Below are positions 63,825 to 64,000 of a DNA stretch of 64,000 nucleotides, piece after piece. The notes beneath the pieces are model-generated. The model saw only the letters and a list, made by a program, of their open reading frames with translations, did no database searches and had not been told where the DNA came from. The translations under genes and the position numbers were made by a program. Source of the stretch: Octopus sinensis (Eukaryota); contig NC_043024.1 in the NCBI RefSeq assembly GCF_006345805.1, positions 16,740,001-16,804,000 of the forward strand, read 5' to 3'. Position 1 is the stretch's first letter. The number at the start of each line of letters is the position of its first letter.

Positions 63825-64000
63825 GGAGATGTACTTGCAAAGCAAGTGACCTGATCTAAAATTGTGTGCTGGAACGAAAACAATTGCAGTGTGGAAGGTG
63901 TTTATAAGCCATTTAAGAAACACAAAAAAACCATTAGATTCGCTTCAACATTTAAATTTAATTTGCCAAAATATTTTTGTCGCTTTGAGACCGTGACCTG
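63825..64000. repeat. Interspersed repeat, inverted copy of 20257-20456, truncated by the window end
   Basis: Direct sequence match. Confidence 0.85.

Overview
AT-rich, microsatellite-dense eukaryotic DNA that is almost entirely intergenic or intronic. The repeat families look like those of an octopus genome; this is my recognition of the repeats, not a database result. I recognise no host protein-coding gene, and nearly all ORFs in the track are microsatellite or repeat artefacts. The window contains about 25 whole or partial copies of one tRNA-derived SINE plus three other SINE-like families. It also holds decayed non-LTR retrotransposons (HERO-like, several R4/Dong-like, RTE, CR1-like), a Penelope-like GIY-YIG remnant, two mariner derivatives, and hAT-, piggyBac- and Tc1-type MITEs. 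There are several local tandem or inverted duplications. The most notable signal is a set of minimal type I hammerhead ribozyme motifs in Penelope-LTR-like DNA (19931-19977, 19876-19923, 19119-19162, 19212-19255, 26933-27001, 29185-29227). Several sit inside fold-back palindromes clustered at 18.5-20.1 kb. All pairings and translations were read by hand, and coordinates of decayed repeats are approximate.
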